From IMG/VR virus record IMGVR_UViG_3300027762_000001: 64,000 nt of DNA. The stretch is one strand, 5' to 3'. This document shows, piece by piece, positions 19,863 through 30,300 of the stretch (position 1 is its first letter; every line of letters starts with the position of its first letter). The translations under genes and the position numbers were made by a program. Under the pieces are notes generated by a model that was not told the origin of the DNA, ran no database searches, and was given only the letters and a program-made list of their open reading frames with translations. The stretch comes from a virus.

Positions 19863-21995
19863 TCATGCAGTTCCCTTTATGGAGTTATGAAACTTACTTA
19901 TAGCACCTTTTAATGTGTCCGCTTTACCGCATGCTCTATGTGTATGAGTCACATATGTAGTTTTTCCATCCTTGTTTACACTTTTCCAAACTGCTGAGTC
20001 ACCATTACTCCATGTAGCTTTAGACTTATAAACTTCTTCTTTTTCTTCTTTTGATAATGGAACTTTATTATCTTTTAACTTTTCAAAATTTGATTTTGTC
20101 TTAGCTTCTTTATACATTCCATCTATATAGTCTGCAACTTTATTATTCTCTTTTAGCGTATCAAATAATAATTTATTTTGTTTGTCTTTATGTTGAGCGA
20201 TTTCATATATAAATTCATCAGGTGTCTTATCTCTTGACTTAAATATACCTAAAAACTTTGGCATAGTAGCTATATATCTATTTACATTTACAACTCTATC
20301 TTTCTTAGGTCTATGACTTAACCCACCACTTCTTACACCTCTTGCCTCCATCTGCTTCATTTTTTCAGGATTATAATGAGGGTCCAATACACCTTCCCAA
20401 GTTGTATCATTTAATGATAAACCCTCTCCACCAGCAGAAGATATTATCATAACCTTTTTATTGCCTTTATTAAAATCCTCTATATCTTTTTGTCTTCCTT
20501 CTTCTGTAATTCCAAAATTACCTTTGCCTGTAAATTTACCATATTGAATACCTTTTGATTTTAACCCCTGTTCAATAGAATCTGTACCACCCTTTATTAA
20601 GTGACTAAATAATATTGCTCTTCCATCAGGAGTTTTCCCTAAATGTTCTTCCATATCGCGCAAAAGAGTGTTTAGTTTTGGAGTTAATTTTGGACCGTCT
20701 TTTGGTGATATCTTTGGGTTTATAGCACTTATATCGTTCATTAATTTTCTTGCTTCAACTAATTTTGAAAAAACTTGAGCAGCCTCTTCATCTTTTAAAG
20801 TTTCAAGCCTCTTTGTTCTTATCATTTTTCTAACTGCTGGATTATCCTTTAATATACCTTTATATAATTTTTTTTGCTCTTTACTGAGAGGTACCTTCGT
20901 AATACTTACAGCTTTATCAGGCATTTTAGCTATTTCTTTTATATCATTAACATCTAAATAATCTACATATTTTTTTAATTCGTTTTGTAATAATCTTTTA
21001 TTTTTAAAACCTAAAACAGGCTTTCTTTTTTCATGCAAGTCTCTATACTTCCAAGACCTATCTCTTTTTAGCCACATTTGCTCAAATTGTTTTTTATTTT
21101 TTCCTAATATATGTTTTTGTCCAGAGGCAACATCAACTAAAGGCTGAATATCAGCTAATGAGTTAGATACTACAGAGCCTGTTAATCCAATATAATTAGG
21201 ATAAAGTTTTCTTGTTTTCTTTAGAGCTTCAGTAACTGCTGTATCTTCATTTTTACCTTTGTGACTCTCATCTGTTATAACTGTGTCAGCTCCAGTTTCC
21301 CTTATATAATACTCAGGGTCTTTTTTAAATAAATCATAAGATACTATATTGTAATCTTTATTCTTGTCAGGTAGTCCATATTTGCTATTTTTCTTTGATA
21401 GCTCAGCTTTATTTCCAACAATATTGTATGAACTGTTTGTGAATTTTTTTATTCCAGATGAACCAAAATTCATTCTAAGTCCAGATGGTACGACTACCAA
21501 TGCTCTATTGGCCTTTCCATCTTGTTTCATTTTTTCAAATTTAGCAATTGCAGTTAAGGTCTTTCCGCTTCCAACAGGATGCGCTAAAACTTTTTCTGTG
21601 CTAGGATCTTCTGCTACACGTTTTTGATGAGGGTAAAGCTGGATGTTGTCTCTTAAAGCAGCCTCTTTATACATTCCATCTATATAGTCTGCAACTTTAA
21701 TATCCCATCTAGGCTCATAAGTTTTCTTAGAAAGATTTGCTTGATTTATATTTTTTATTTTGAATCGTCTAATATTATTTCTTAGTTTACAATAGCCGAA
21801 ATAATCGTCTCCACGAATCTCGTAAGGCTCTGTTAATCTCATTGTGGAGTCACCTTTTTTATCAGTATACCAAATCTTTAAAAGATTTTTATTGTTGCCA
21901 GCTTTTTTTATTTTGCTTTTTACTTTTTCTTCAAGGGGTATAGCATGCCTCCCCATTGCATATTTATATATAATTTCTTTATATGAATCCTTCAA
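19863..21995 (-). CDS. WYL - SNF2-family helicase - small domain polyprotein, modules separated by KVADYIDGMYKEA
   Basis: LYPHQ, HPVGSGKT (motif I), TDESHK (II), GLTGS (III), SSAGGEGLSL (V), QMEARGVRSG (VI); N-terminal WYL-like domain. Confidence 0.85.
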   Translation of the reverse strand: MKDSYKEIIYKYAMGRHAIPLEEKVKSKIKKAGNNKNLLKIWYTDKKGDSTMRLTEPYEIRGDDYFGYCKLRNNIRRFKIKNINQANLSKKTYEPRWDIKVADYIDGMYKEAALRDNIQLYPHQKRVAEDPSTEKVLAHPVGSGKTLTAIAKFEKMKQDGKANRALVVVPSGLRMNFGSSGIKKFTNSSYNIVGNKAELSKKNSKYGLPDKNKDYNIVSYDLFKKDPEYYIRETGADTVITDESHKGKNEDTAVTEALKKTRKLYPNYIGLTGSVVSNSLADIQPLVDVASGQKHILGKNKKQFEQMWLKRDRSWKYRDLHEKRKPVLGFKNKRLLQNELKKYVDYLDVNDIKEIAKMPDKAVSITKVPLSKEQKKLYKGILKDNPAVRKMIRTKRLETLKDEEAAQVFSKLVEARKLMNDISAINPKISPKDGPKLTPKLNTLLRDMEEHLGKTPDGRAILFSHLIKGGTDSIEQGLKSKGIQYGKFTGKGNFGITEEGRQKDIEDFNKGNKKVMIISSAGGEGLSLNDTTWEGVLDPHYNPEKMKQMEARGVRSGGLSHRPKKDRVVNVNRYIATMPKFLGIFKSRDKTPDEFIYEIAQHKDKQNKLLFDTLKENNKVADYIDGMYKEAKTKSNFEKLKDNKVPLSKEEKEEVYKSKATWSNGDSAVWKSVNKDGKTTYVTHTHRACGKADTLKGAISKFHNSIKGTA
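20107..21699. repeat. 36-bp perfect direct repeat (20107-20142 and 21664-21699) flanking the SNF2 module
   Basis: TCTTTATACATTCCATCTATATAGTCTGCAACTTTA at both sites; encodes KVADYIDGMYKE on the minus strand. Confidence 0.9.
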
Positions 21996-22022
21996 GAAAA
22001 ATCACCACCTTACCTAAGATTA

Positions 22023-22040
22023 TAGCATAAGAAATAAAAG
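22023..22040 (+). promoter_or_regulatory. conserved phage promoter-like motif
   Basis: TAGCATAAGAAATAAAAG. Confidence 0.75.
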
Positions 22041-22066
22041 ATTTAAAAGAAGGGAAGGATGTATTA

Positions 22067-22645
22067 ATGAATTCAAAAATTTTAGATGTAGGATTTAAAT
22101 TATTGGTGTTAGTAGGAGTAGCTGTAGCTGGAGGAGCATTAGGAATTTATATCTCAGAAAAGAAAGAGAATATTATTATTGAAGATTTAAATGAGGAAGT
22201 TGAATTTAGAAATAATGAAATAAATGAGTTAACTGTTAAACTTGAATGTTTAGAAGAGGAACTTTTAAATAGAAGTATAGAGCTTCAAAAAAGTAATGAT
22301 AAGATGAAAAGATTAAAAACATGGGAGGAAGACTTAAGTTTAAGAGAAAATTCAACATCATCTATAGAGGATAAACTTAATGGAGAGAAAAAGGAGCTTA
22401 GTTTAAAATCTCAACAATTAGATGAGAAAGAAGCTAAATTAAAAGCTATGGCTCTTAATGATTTAAAATATAAAATTGATACAGTAGAAGAGATTATCAA
22501 GGAAATAGATAAACTAAAAGAAGAAAATAGTGACTCGTCAGTATTAATAAAGGAAATAGACAGATTATTAAAAGATAAAAACGATTCAAGTATAGATAAA
22601 TTTCTATTTAGGTCTGATATAAATTTAACATCAATAGAAATTTAA
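22067..22645 (+). CDS. N-terminal TM plus coiled-coil protein
   Basis: LLVLVGVAVAGGALGIYI followed by a heptad-rich charged region. Confidence 0.7.
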   Translation: MNSKILDVGFKLLVLVGVAVAGGALGIYISEKKENIIIEDLNEEVEFRNNEINELTVKLECLEEELLNRSIELQKSNDKMKRLKTWEEDLSLRENSTSSIEDKLNGEKKELSLKSQQLDEKEAKLKAMALNDLKYKIDTVEEIIKEIDKLKEENSDSSVLIKEIDRLLKDKNDSSIDKFLFRSDINLTSIEI

Positions 22646-22672
22646 AAAAATATTTTTAAAACGCATTTTCTG

Positions 22673-22690
22673 TAGTATAAGGGATAAAAG
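22673..22690 (+). promoter_or_regulatory. conserved phage promoter-like motif
   Basis: TAGTATAAGGGATAAAAG. Confidence 0.7.
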
Positions 22691-22828
22691 TAAAAGAAAG
22701 GAAGTGATAACAATAAGTGGAAGTGTAAAAACAATCATAGCAGTTTTAAGGTCTGTACTAATACGTATCTTCAAGTTTTAACATAAATATAACTAATAAA
22801 ATTTTAAAAAATGAAAGGGTGTTGAATT

Positions 22829-23251
22829 ATGATGGAATTTATTAAAAACGAGGTAGTTAAAAAGGTAATGGAATATCTAGGGATAGCATTTGTTTCAGTA
22901 TTTATATTGAAGATATTTGAAAAGATACTAGATATAATGAATGAGGCAAAACCGGCAGAAAAGAAAACAGCAGTAGACTTATTTAAATCCGCAACAAGAA
23001 GAGCAAAAAGAGGAGAAGGGTTCGATAATGTTGAAGGTGTTGCTACTGATGCAATAGTTAAATATAAGATTGAACTAGCAAAGAAAATAAAAGATAAAGA
23101 AAAAGAAGTTGAAAATAATAAACCTGCAGAACCTAAAGCTGAGGAAGTTAAAGCAGAACCTAAAGCTGAGGAAGTTAAAGCAGAACCTAAAGCTGAGGAA
23201 GTTAAGGCAGAAGAAAAGAAAACTGAAGAAAAGAAAGATAATAAAAAATAA
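22829..23251 (+). CDS. single-TM protein with AEPKAEEVK tandem repeats
   Basis: Hydrophobic YLGIAFVSVFIL; 27-nt unit x3 at 23126-23206. Confidence 0.7.
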   Translation: MMEFIKNEVVKKVMEYLGIAFVSVFILKIFEKILDIMNEAKPAEKKTAVDLFKSATRRAKRGEGFDNVEGVATDAIVKYKIELAKKIKDKEKEVENNKPAEPKAEEVKAEPKAEEVKAEPKAEEVKAEEKKTEEKKDNKK

Positions 23252-23328
23252 GGCAGCTTAAGTCAGACACAATAACTAAAAACAAAAAGGGGTGCAAACC
23301 TCTTTTTTTTCTTCTTTTTTTAAAATTT

Positions 23329-23347
23329 TAGCATAAGATATAAAAGG
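23329..23347 (+). promoter_or_regulatory. conserved phage promoter-like motif
   Basis: TAGCATAAGATATAAAAGG immediately after a terminator at 23284-23310. Confidence 0.75.
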
Positions 23348-23395
23348 AGAGACGGAATAGGTACAATAATAATAACAGTAAAGGAGAGTCAAATC

Positions 23396-23650
23396 ATGAA
23401 ACAAATTTTTACAGAGGTAGGAAAGAAAGTAGCAGTAATAGCTGGAGGTTATCTTCTAGGTAAGGGAATCGAGATGCTTGTAGATTGGGGAATCGATAAG
23501 TATCGCAAAAAAAAAGAAAGTAAAAATATTTCAAGTTATGACGAAGACATTAGTACCGAAAATAGCACGGGGATTAATGACACAATCATCAGAAGAGAGA
23601 CAATAAGAAGTGAGTCAGTTAAAGGTGATGTGAAAAAGAAAGCAGCATGA
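23396..23650 (+). CDS. small membrane-associated hypothetical protein
   Basis: AAGGAG RBS; VAVIAGGYLLG; terminator at 23653-23677. Confidence 0.65.
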   Translation: MKQIFTEVGKKVAVIAGGYLLGKGIEMLVDWGIDKYRKKKESKNISSYDEDISTENSTGINDTIIRRETIRSESVKGDVKKKAA

Positions 23651-23809
23651 CAAGAGAGGGTAAAACCTCTTTTTTTTCGATGTATTTTTAAGAAAGTCCT
23701 TCAAGTTAAGCCTTTTTGTTTTATTTTGTTAATTTTGATAAAATATAATTATAGATATTTTACTTCAAGTCTAACTAGAATCTCTTAAAATAAAAAGGAG
23801 GGATTTAAT

Positions 23810-24694
23810 ATGGATGATTTGAAAAAGGATCAGGAAAGGCTTTTGAAGGAATTGTTTCCAGAGCAAGAACAAGAAAAACTGTTAGATGAAATATCTCCCG
23901 AGCAAGAAAGACTTTTGAATGAACTATTCCCCGAATCAGAATTTAAGGAATACACAAGACCGATACCAATAATTAAAAATTATAATCCAAAAATAAAAAA
24001 TACTATTATGGCACTTAAAACACTTAAAAAAATGGACTTATCATTAATCTTAAGTGTTGTCAGTATCTTATTTATTTTAATTTCATCAATTACTTTATAC
24101 TCACACTATAATAAATTGAAAAACGAAAATGATAAAATTAACAATGAAAATAATAAAATTAAAAATAAAGTAAATCTAATTGAGAATAAAATAAAAAAAA
24201 CTGATGAAGATATAAAAAATATAAAAGATGAGACAAATGAAAGAATGGAAGATTTAAGTCGAAATATGGGCGTAATACAAAGTACACTGGAGACTATAAA
24301 TGAATCTATAAAAAAACTATACACTATTGTAACCGGGAGACAAAGTGCATCCGTGGGAGGGGAGACACTTGATATGAGGGCAACAGTATATGATTTAAGT
24401 GTTGAGAGTTGTGGCAAAACAAGAGACCACCCAGAGTATGGGATTACTAGATCCGGTGTAAAGGCTACCAAAAATAGAACAGTTGCCGTTGACCCTAAAG
24501 TAATACCTTTAGGGTCAAAATTATACATAACGTTTCCTGAGAAATATAAATTTATGAATGGTAATTATGTTGCTGAAGATACTGGCGGTGCAATAAAGGG
24601 AAACAAGATAGATATATTTTTGGGCGAGTCAGTAGATAGAGATTATATGATGGAATTTGGGATACAGCCTGTAAAGGTTAAATTAATAAAGTAA
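23810..24694 (+). CDS. membrane-anchored coiled-coil 3D-domain (MltA-like) cell-wall enzyme
   Basis: ATVY...GITRSG....RTVAVDPKVIPLGSKLYI...AEDTGGAIKGNKIDIF is the 3D domain; TM at aa about 77-97. Confidence 0.88.
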   Translation: MDDLKKDQERLLKELFPEQEQEKLLDEISPEQERLLNELFPESEFKEYTRPIPIIKNYNPKIKNTIMALKTLKKMDLSLILSVVSILFILISSITLYSHYNKLKNENDKINNENNKIKNKVNLIENKIKKTDEDIKNIKDETNERMEDLSRNMGVIQSTLETINESIKKLYTIVTGRQSASVGGETLDMRATVYDLSVESCGKTRDHPEYGITRSGVKATKNRTVAVDPKVIPLGSKLYITFPEKYKFMNGNYVAEDTGGAIKGNKIDIFLGESVDRDYMMEFGIQPVKVKLIK

Positions 24695-24763
24695 ACAAAA
24701 AAAGACAATGCAATATAGTCTTTTTTTTATATAAAAAAATAAAATAAAAAGGAGATTTGATTT

Positions 24764-25144
24764 ATGAAATTACAAGAAAAAGTGTGGAGTAAAATACCAT
24801 ACTTAAAAGAGTTAGTAGAAAAAGGTGATGTTAAAAGATTCACAGATAATGAAATTTTAGATTTAACAGAGGGAAATAAGTTAAAGATAAAAGAGATGGA
24901 GGAGACAAATAAAAGTATAAATTTAAAAATTATAGCTGTATTAGATCAAACTGCTCATTTTCCTGATGAAAGTGTAAACATGACAAGCTATGTTTATATG
25001 GATAGTCAAACTAAGCCATGGATAATAGAAGGTGACGCGATAGGCTTCTTTGCAAATGTAATAAATGAAGCATGGTTTGTAGAAGAAATAGGTAGCATTG
25101 GAATAAAAGAGCTCCCCAGTGGTTTTATTCGAAGAGTAATGTGA
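24764..25144 (+). CDS. hypothetical protein
   Basis: AAGGAG RBS; 126 aa. Confidence 0.65.
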   Translation: MKLQEKVWSKIPYLKELVEKGDVKRFTDNEILDLTEGNKLKIKEMEETNKSINLKIIAVLDQTAHFPDESVNMTSYVYMDSQTKPWIIEGDAIGFFANVINEAWFVEEIGSIGIKELPSGFIRRVM

Positions 25145-25181
25145 TAAAATGTTACTATAAAATAAAAAGGGAGGAATATCC

Positions 25182-25661
25182 ATGTTTAAAAAAGTAGTGT
25201 TCACATTGGCGGTAGTATCAATACTTTCCATCAATGTATCTTTTGCTGAGGCTTGTATTTTTAAATTCAAGCCAGTTATCCCTAAGTGTCCTATAGTAAT
25301 AGTTACGCCTACTCCTTCATCAACAGTAACTCCTGTGATTACACCAATACCTGTTAAGCCAAAACCAGTAATACCTGTACCTACAGTGCCTGTAATTCCT
25401 AAGACTCCTAAGCCTACAATTACCCCGATACCCACAGTAACACCTATACCAACGATAACACCTACAATTACTCCAAGACCTACTGTACCATCTCCAACGG
25501 GACCAATAATTCCTAAAACGCCTGCACCAGAATATGAGGAGATAAAAGTACTTCCAAAGACAGGCGAGAAAAAATCTATGAATTTAGTACATATTTTTGC
25601 TGGAGTTTTATTATTAATGGCTGGTTCAACAATATTTTTATATAAGAAAATTGGAGTATAA
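25182..25661 (+). CDS. Pro/Thr-rich LPxTG (sortase-anchored) surface protein
   Basis: Signal peptide ending VSFA, PT-rich stalk, LPKTG followed by TM and basic tail. Confidence 0.85.
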   Translation: MFKKVVFTLAVVSILSINVSFAEACIFKFKPVIPKCPIVIVTPTPSSTVTPVITPIPVKPKPVIPVPTVPVIPKTPKPTITPIPTVTPIPTITPTITPRPTVPSPTGPIIPKTPAPEYEEIKVLPKTGEKKSMNLVHIFAGVLLLMAGSTIFLYKKIGV

Positions 25662-25699
25662 ATTTTAAAGTGGTGGCCATATGGCCACCACTTTAAAAT
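25662..25699. terminator. 38-bp perfect palindrome, likely bidirectional terminator
   Basis: ATTTTAAAGTGGTGGCCAT|ATGGCCACCACTTTAAAAT between convergent units. Confidence 0.6.
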
Positions 25700-25765
25700 G
25701 CTTGAATTTGCGGATAAGAACATGAACAGGATTATTTAAATTATATCATTTAATTTTATGAATCG

Positions 25766-26188
25766 CTACTTTAATTTCAATATGTAATATAATTCCTGAG
25801 GACTATAAGACTTATTATCTATCTTTGTTATTTCTGATTGATTTAAACCATTAACTACAAACTCAACACAATTATCGGAATTAAAATTATCTGGAATAAA
25901 TTTTAGAAGCCATCTTAATAATTCTCTGTAATCATATGGCTTTCTTGTTTCGGTTAAATATTCCATTAATAATTCATATTTATACATTTGATTTATAGGA
26001 ATTTTTACTTCCTCGAATTTTCCATCTAATTCTTTTATATCGTAGACTTTTACACTTCTAAAAATATCAGTATCTATTAAATAATCATTAATCCTAAAAG
26101 CAACATGACTAAATTCACTATCAGTGAAGAGTTGGATTATTTTAGATATAAATCCAACTCCTTTATAAAATAAAATATTTATTACCAT
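25766..26188 (-). CDS. permuted papain-like (YaeF/YiiX-type) amidase
   Basis: SEFSHVAF ... KPYDY ... NCVEFV (His before Cys). Confidence 0.7.
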   Translation of the reverse strand: MVINILFYKGVGFISKIIQLFTDSEFSHVAFRINDYLIDTDIFRSVKVYDIKELDGKFEEVKIPINQMYKYELLMEYLTETRKPYDYRELLRWLLKFIPDNFNSDNCVEFVVNGLNQSEITKIDNKSYSPQELYYILKLK

Positions 26189-26721
26189 GTTATTGACATA
26201 ACATCTTCAACTGTAGTTGCATTATTAACTTGAGTTTCTTTTGTTCTAAACTTTGTAACATTAGTTTGAACATGTGTTACAGAGTCCAAATATAATTGTA
26301 TTATTTGAGATTTATTGTGGGCTATACATTCTCTCGTATCATGTATTCTCCACTCTATAGTTGCATTTTCTGGATAATAAGGTATTGCATCAATTGCTAT
26401 TGTTAAGTTACGTTGAGCTTCTGTATCATATGAGTATAAATGAGGAGTGCCTAACGCTGAAGATGTAAATGAACTATTTATTGTATTTGAACATGATACT
26501 TGTAACTCACTTATCTTTCTCTCTTTAGCTGCACTTAATTTTATACTTTCTATATTATTAATTATAGCCTGTATAGCTTCTTGATTTTCGTTATCATTAA
26601 ATGTAAATGTGCCTACTCCATTTGATACTGTAACTAGTAATGGAGTAATACCTTCTTTAATAAAATAATCATGTAATACATTTAAACTGCAATCAGCACA
26701 ATTATTAATATAAAAAATCAT
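26182..26721 (-). CDS. tail-fibre-associated protein (DUF4376-like)
   Basis: AKERKISEL...FTSSALGTPHLY..D.EAQ.NL ... QVNNATTVEDV..ITW; sits in the fibre cluster. Confidence 0.65.
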   Translation of the reverse strand: MIFYINNCADCSLNVLHDYFIKEGITPLLVTVSNGVGTFTFNDNENQEAIQAIINNIESIKLSAAKERKISELQVSCSNTINSSFTSSALGTPHLYSYDTEAQRNLTIAIDAIPYYPENATIEWRIHDTRECIAHNKSQIIQLYLDSVTHVQTNVTKFRTKETQVNNATTVEDVMSITW

Positions 26722-27293
26722 CCTAGCACCTCCACTTGTAAATATGTATTTGAAGTTAAAATATTTCTAGATGAACCACTATTTTGATATAATCTAATTT
26801 GTAAATAATCGCTAGTAGACACATCTAGAATTCTACTTACAATTTTTAAATACCTGTCTCTAGAACTATTTTCCCATCCATATTCATGCTCTTCTATAAC
26901 ACTACCGTTTAATAGTAATTGTATGTAGTGTATACGAACTTCTCTTAAATCATCTACATTTAATAGGCATGAAAGCCTTACTTTAGTTATACCGGATGGA
27001 ATAGTTATTCTATTATTCTGACTTGAATTCCAAAATCCATGAATATCACTTTGCGGATTCCAAGTTACCAGCGTAACTGAGCCAGAAGAGATAGATTGTG
27101 TAGATGTTTTATTAAAATTGCTAAACTCAATATTGGAATATAGTCCACCCGCAATTTTAATTAAAGGATTACCTAGCCCATTTCCTACATATAACTCTCT
27201 TGTATCTGTGCATATAAATGGTTCCCCAGTCAAACCTTCACTTGGAAGGTTTGACTTAAGGCCACGTTTTAATTTTATAAATGTATTCATCAA
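26718..27293 (-). CDS. short tail-fibre/receptor-binding protein with Mtd-like N-terminal module
   Basis: IKLKRG...GEPFICTDTRELYVGNG followed by a beta-rich, C1q-like C-terminus. Confidence 0.65.
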   Translation of the reverse strand: MMNTFIKLKRGLKSNLPSEGLTGEPFICTDTRELYVGNGLGNPLIKIAGGLYSNIEFSNFNKTSTQSISSGSVTLVTWNPQSDIHGFWNSSQNNRITIPSGITKVRLSCLLNVDDLREVRIHYIQLLLNGSVIEEHEYGWENSSRDRYLKIVSRILDVSTSDYLQIRLYQNSGSSRNILTSNTYLQVEVLG

Positions 27294-27311
27294 TTTTCAC
27301 ATCCTGACATT

Positions 27312-30300
27312 TTATGCTGATACAACTTCTAAGTAAAATTCACCATCTTTAACTACAAACCTATATTGAACACCTGTGTAGTCTGGATTAGTACCTTCGT
27401 CTTCGTAACTGTGAGGATTAGCCATATTATCTAAGTGATTGTCTGTCTTTTTATCAGCTCTTACTATCATATCACTATTATCATTAATCTGTGCTTTAAT
27501 AGTAGTACCGTAACTGTAAGTAGTAGTAGGTATAGTTCCTGTTCCACTTGAATATACAGTTCCTGACTTTTGAGCCTGTAATATTTGTGGGTCGTAAGTT
27601 GTTATAGTAGGAGTTGCTAGTTGATAATATACTTTAGTGCCAGCTAGAGCTGTTTTAGCTGCAGCTAAAGTTGCATATGTGCCTAACGCTACTACGAATC
27701 CTAACCTACCAGTAGTTGACACATAATATTTACCAATTTCACTTGTGGGAAGATTAGTTGGGTCTACATAGCTTGATGCATCTTTTCCAATAACTCTTGT
27801 TTTACCATTAGTTGCAGGAGATAATGATAGATCGCCAGTTAAAAAATTAGTGCCAGTATATGCAACTTGAACATTAGTCATATTCTCGATATTCGTAATA
27901 TCTGCTTCAACTAAGCTGTACTCATTACTTACATTCTTCGTATGAACTCCAGTCTGAACATCAAAACTATCTGATATAGCAGGAACATTTCTTAATGCAA
28001 CTGGTGTTTCTGCTACTGTTTCTTTGTATTCTTCGTATGTTGTAGCTGATGAGCCTTGTTCTAACTGTAATTCAATAGCTTCAAAATCCTCTCCTATATC
28101 CCATGTTGATGAAGGATTTTTTCTAAAATTGAAAAATACATATTCTGTCTTAGTTAATGTAAATGTAGTTGTTAGTGGTTGCATACTCCCAAATATATCG
28201 CCACTATTTTGAGTTATCGCTTTATAGTATATTGCTTGGCTGCTTGACATTATGTATGTTCCAGCACCTAATAATATATGATTAGTATGTCTATAAATTG
28301 TTGTGTCAGCACCTTCACCCTCATAAGGTGGATAAGTTAAATCATAACCAGTGTAAAAAGACTGATTTTGCAATAAATTCTTCCCAACACTTGTTATAGT
28401 TTGTGACTGTGTATGTGCTGTGTCTCTATGATAAGCGTATTTTTCGAGTAAAGCATTAGCACCTAAGGCATATTCTGTAGCTGTTATTTCTTGTACCATT
28501 AGTGCATCTATATATCCATATTGATTTTCTGCTCCATCAATATATCCCATTATAAATATTGACGATGAAGCATCAAAGTCTGTTGGTTGTACAACTACTC
28601 CAACTCTAGTCCATGATGTAGAAGTTACAAAGCTGGATGCTACTGTATTATCTCCTATGGGAACAACTTGCATTCTAATTCCTGAACCTGATAAATTACC
28701 ATTTTTTAAATACCCTGACACAAAATAATATTTACCAGCAGTGAATATAGAAGAATTACTATAATTTGCATAACCATTTGTTTGACCAGCACTTAATGTC
28801 ATTTTAATACAATTATCGCCTTCATACTCATTACTACTATCTAATGACCTTACACATCTAGTATTTCCCCAAGAAGTAACATCTTCACAACCAGCTATTG
28901 TATCAGGTAATTTATTAGTTACTGTATTACCTTTAACTACCATTTTAAGTTCTGATCTTTCTATATTATTAGAAGGTAAACTTATTATACTTTGTGTAAC
29001 TTCAGTATTTGTTGAATAACTAGCTACTAATAAATTATCAATTCCATGAGCATTGGCTACATTATCAATATGACTTTCTACTTTATCATCTACCCTATCT
29101 ATCATTTCACTATTATCATCTACTTGTGCTTTAATAGTAGTACCATAGCTATAAGTAGTAGTAGGAATAGTTCCTGCTCCACTTAAATATACAGTTCCTG
29201 ATTTTTGAGCTTGAAGTATTTGTGGGTCGTAATTAGTTATAGTAGGTGTTGCTATTTGATAATATAACTTAGTTCCTGCTAGAGCTGTTTTAGCAGTGGC
29301 TAGACTTGCATATGTGCCTTTAGCCACTACAAAAGCAATTTCATTACTGAATGCAGTTAGCTTAAAAGTTCTAATATATGACACATTATCAATACTTGTT
29401 CCTGATGTTGTTTGATTTTCTGAGTAGCCAATTAATCTGTAAGTGTCATATATGGCAACTGCTGTACTACCATATGCTTTTGATAAAGCATTTTTATTAA
29501 TTTTAACATAATCAACATTAGTTAAACTTGTTACTAATTCAACTATATCTGCTTCAACTAAACTATACTCATCACTTACATTCTTAGTATGAATACCAGT
29601 CTGTACATCAAAAGTATCACTTATAACAGGAACGCTTCTAAGTGCAATTGGTGTTTCTGCTACTGTATCTTTGTATGGTTCGTAAGTTGTAGCTGATGTG
29701 CCTAACTCAACTTGTTCTGTATTATGGTTATCTAATAAATCAGATATTTTAATCCAATATCCATTAGCAGGAATAGTGATTGTTGCACTATCTTGAGCGC
29801 CACTTATAAATGTTTTATTTATATCGTATATTGCGTGTCTACGTTGAGCGCCTCCACTACCAGACCTTCTATAAGATGTGCTAGGAGTAACGGAAATCCA
29901 ATCAGAAGCATAATGTAATACATTCGCGGTTAAATTACCAGTAATAGATGATATTAAATAACCACTTGCTTTAGTATTTTTGTTAAACAAATTCTTCCCA
30001 ACACTCGTTATAGTCTGTGGCTCGGTGTGTGCTGTACCTCTATGGAAAGCGTACTTGCTAAGTAAAGCAGTAGTACCTAATGCGTATTCTGTGGCTGTTA
30101 TTTCCTGTAGCATTAGTGCATCAACAAAGGCGTATTGTGTTTCTGTGCCAGTTACTCTTGTTTGTAATCTTAGTTGTGTTGCACTTGCCATGTCACTAGG
30201 TTGTACAACTATACCAACTCTAGTATAACTTGTCGCAGTTATGTATGAAGATGTTTTAGTCGCACCACCGCTAACAAATTCAGTTTCTAGTCTTATCCCA

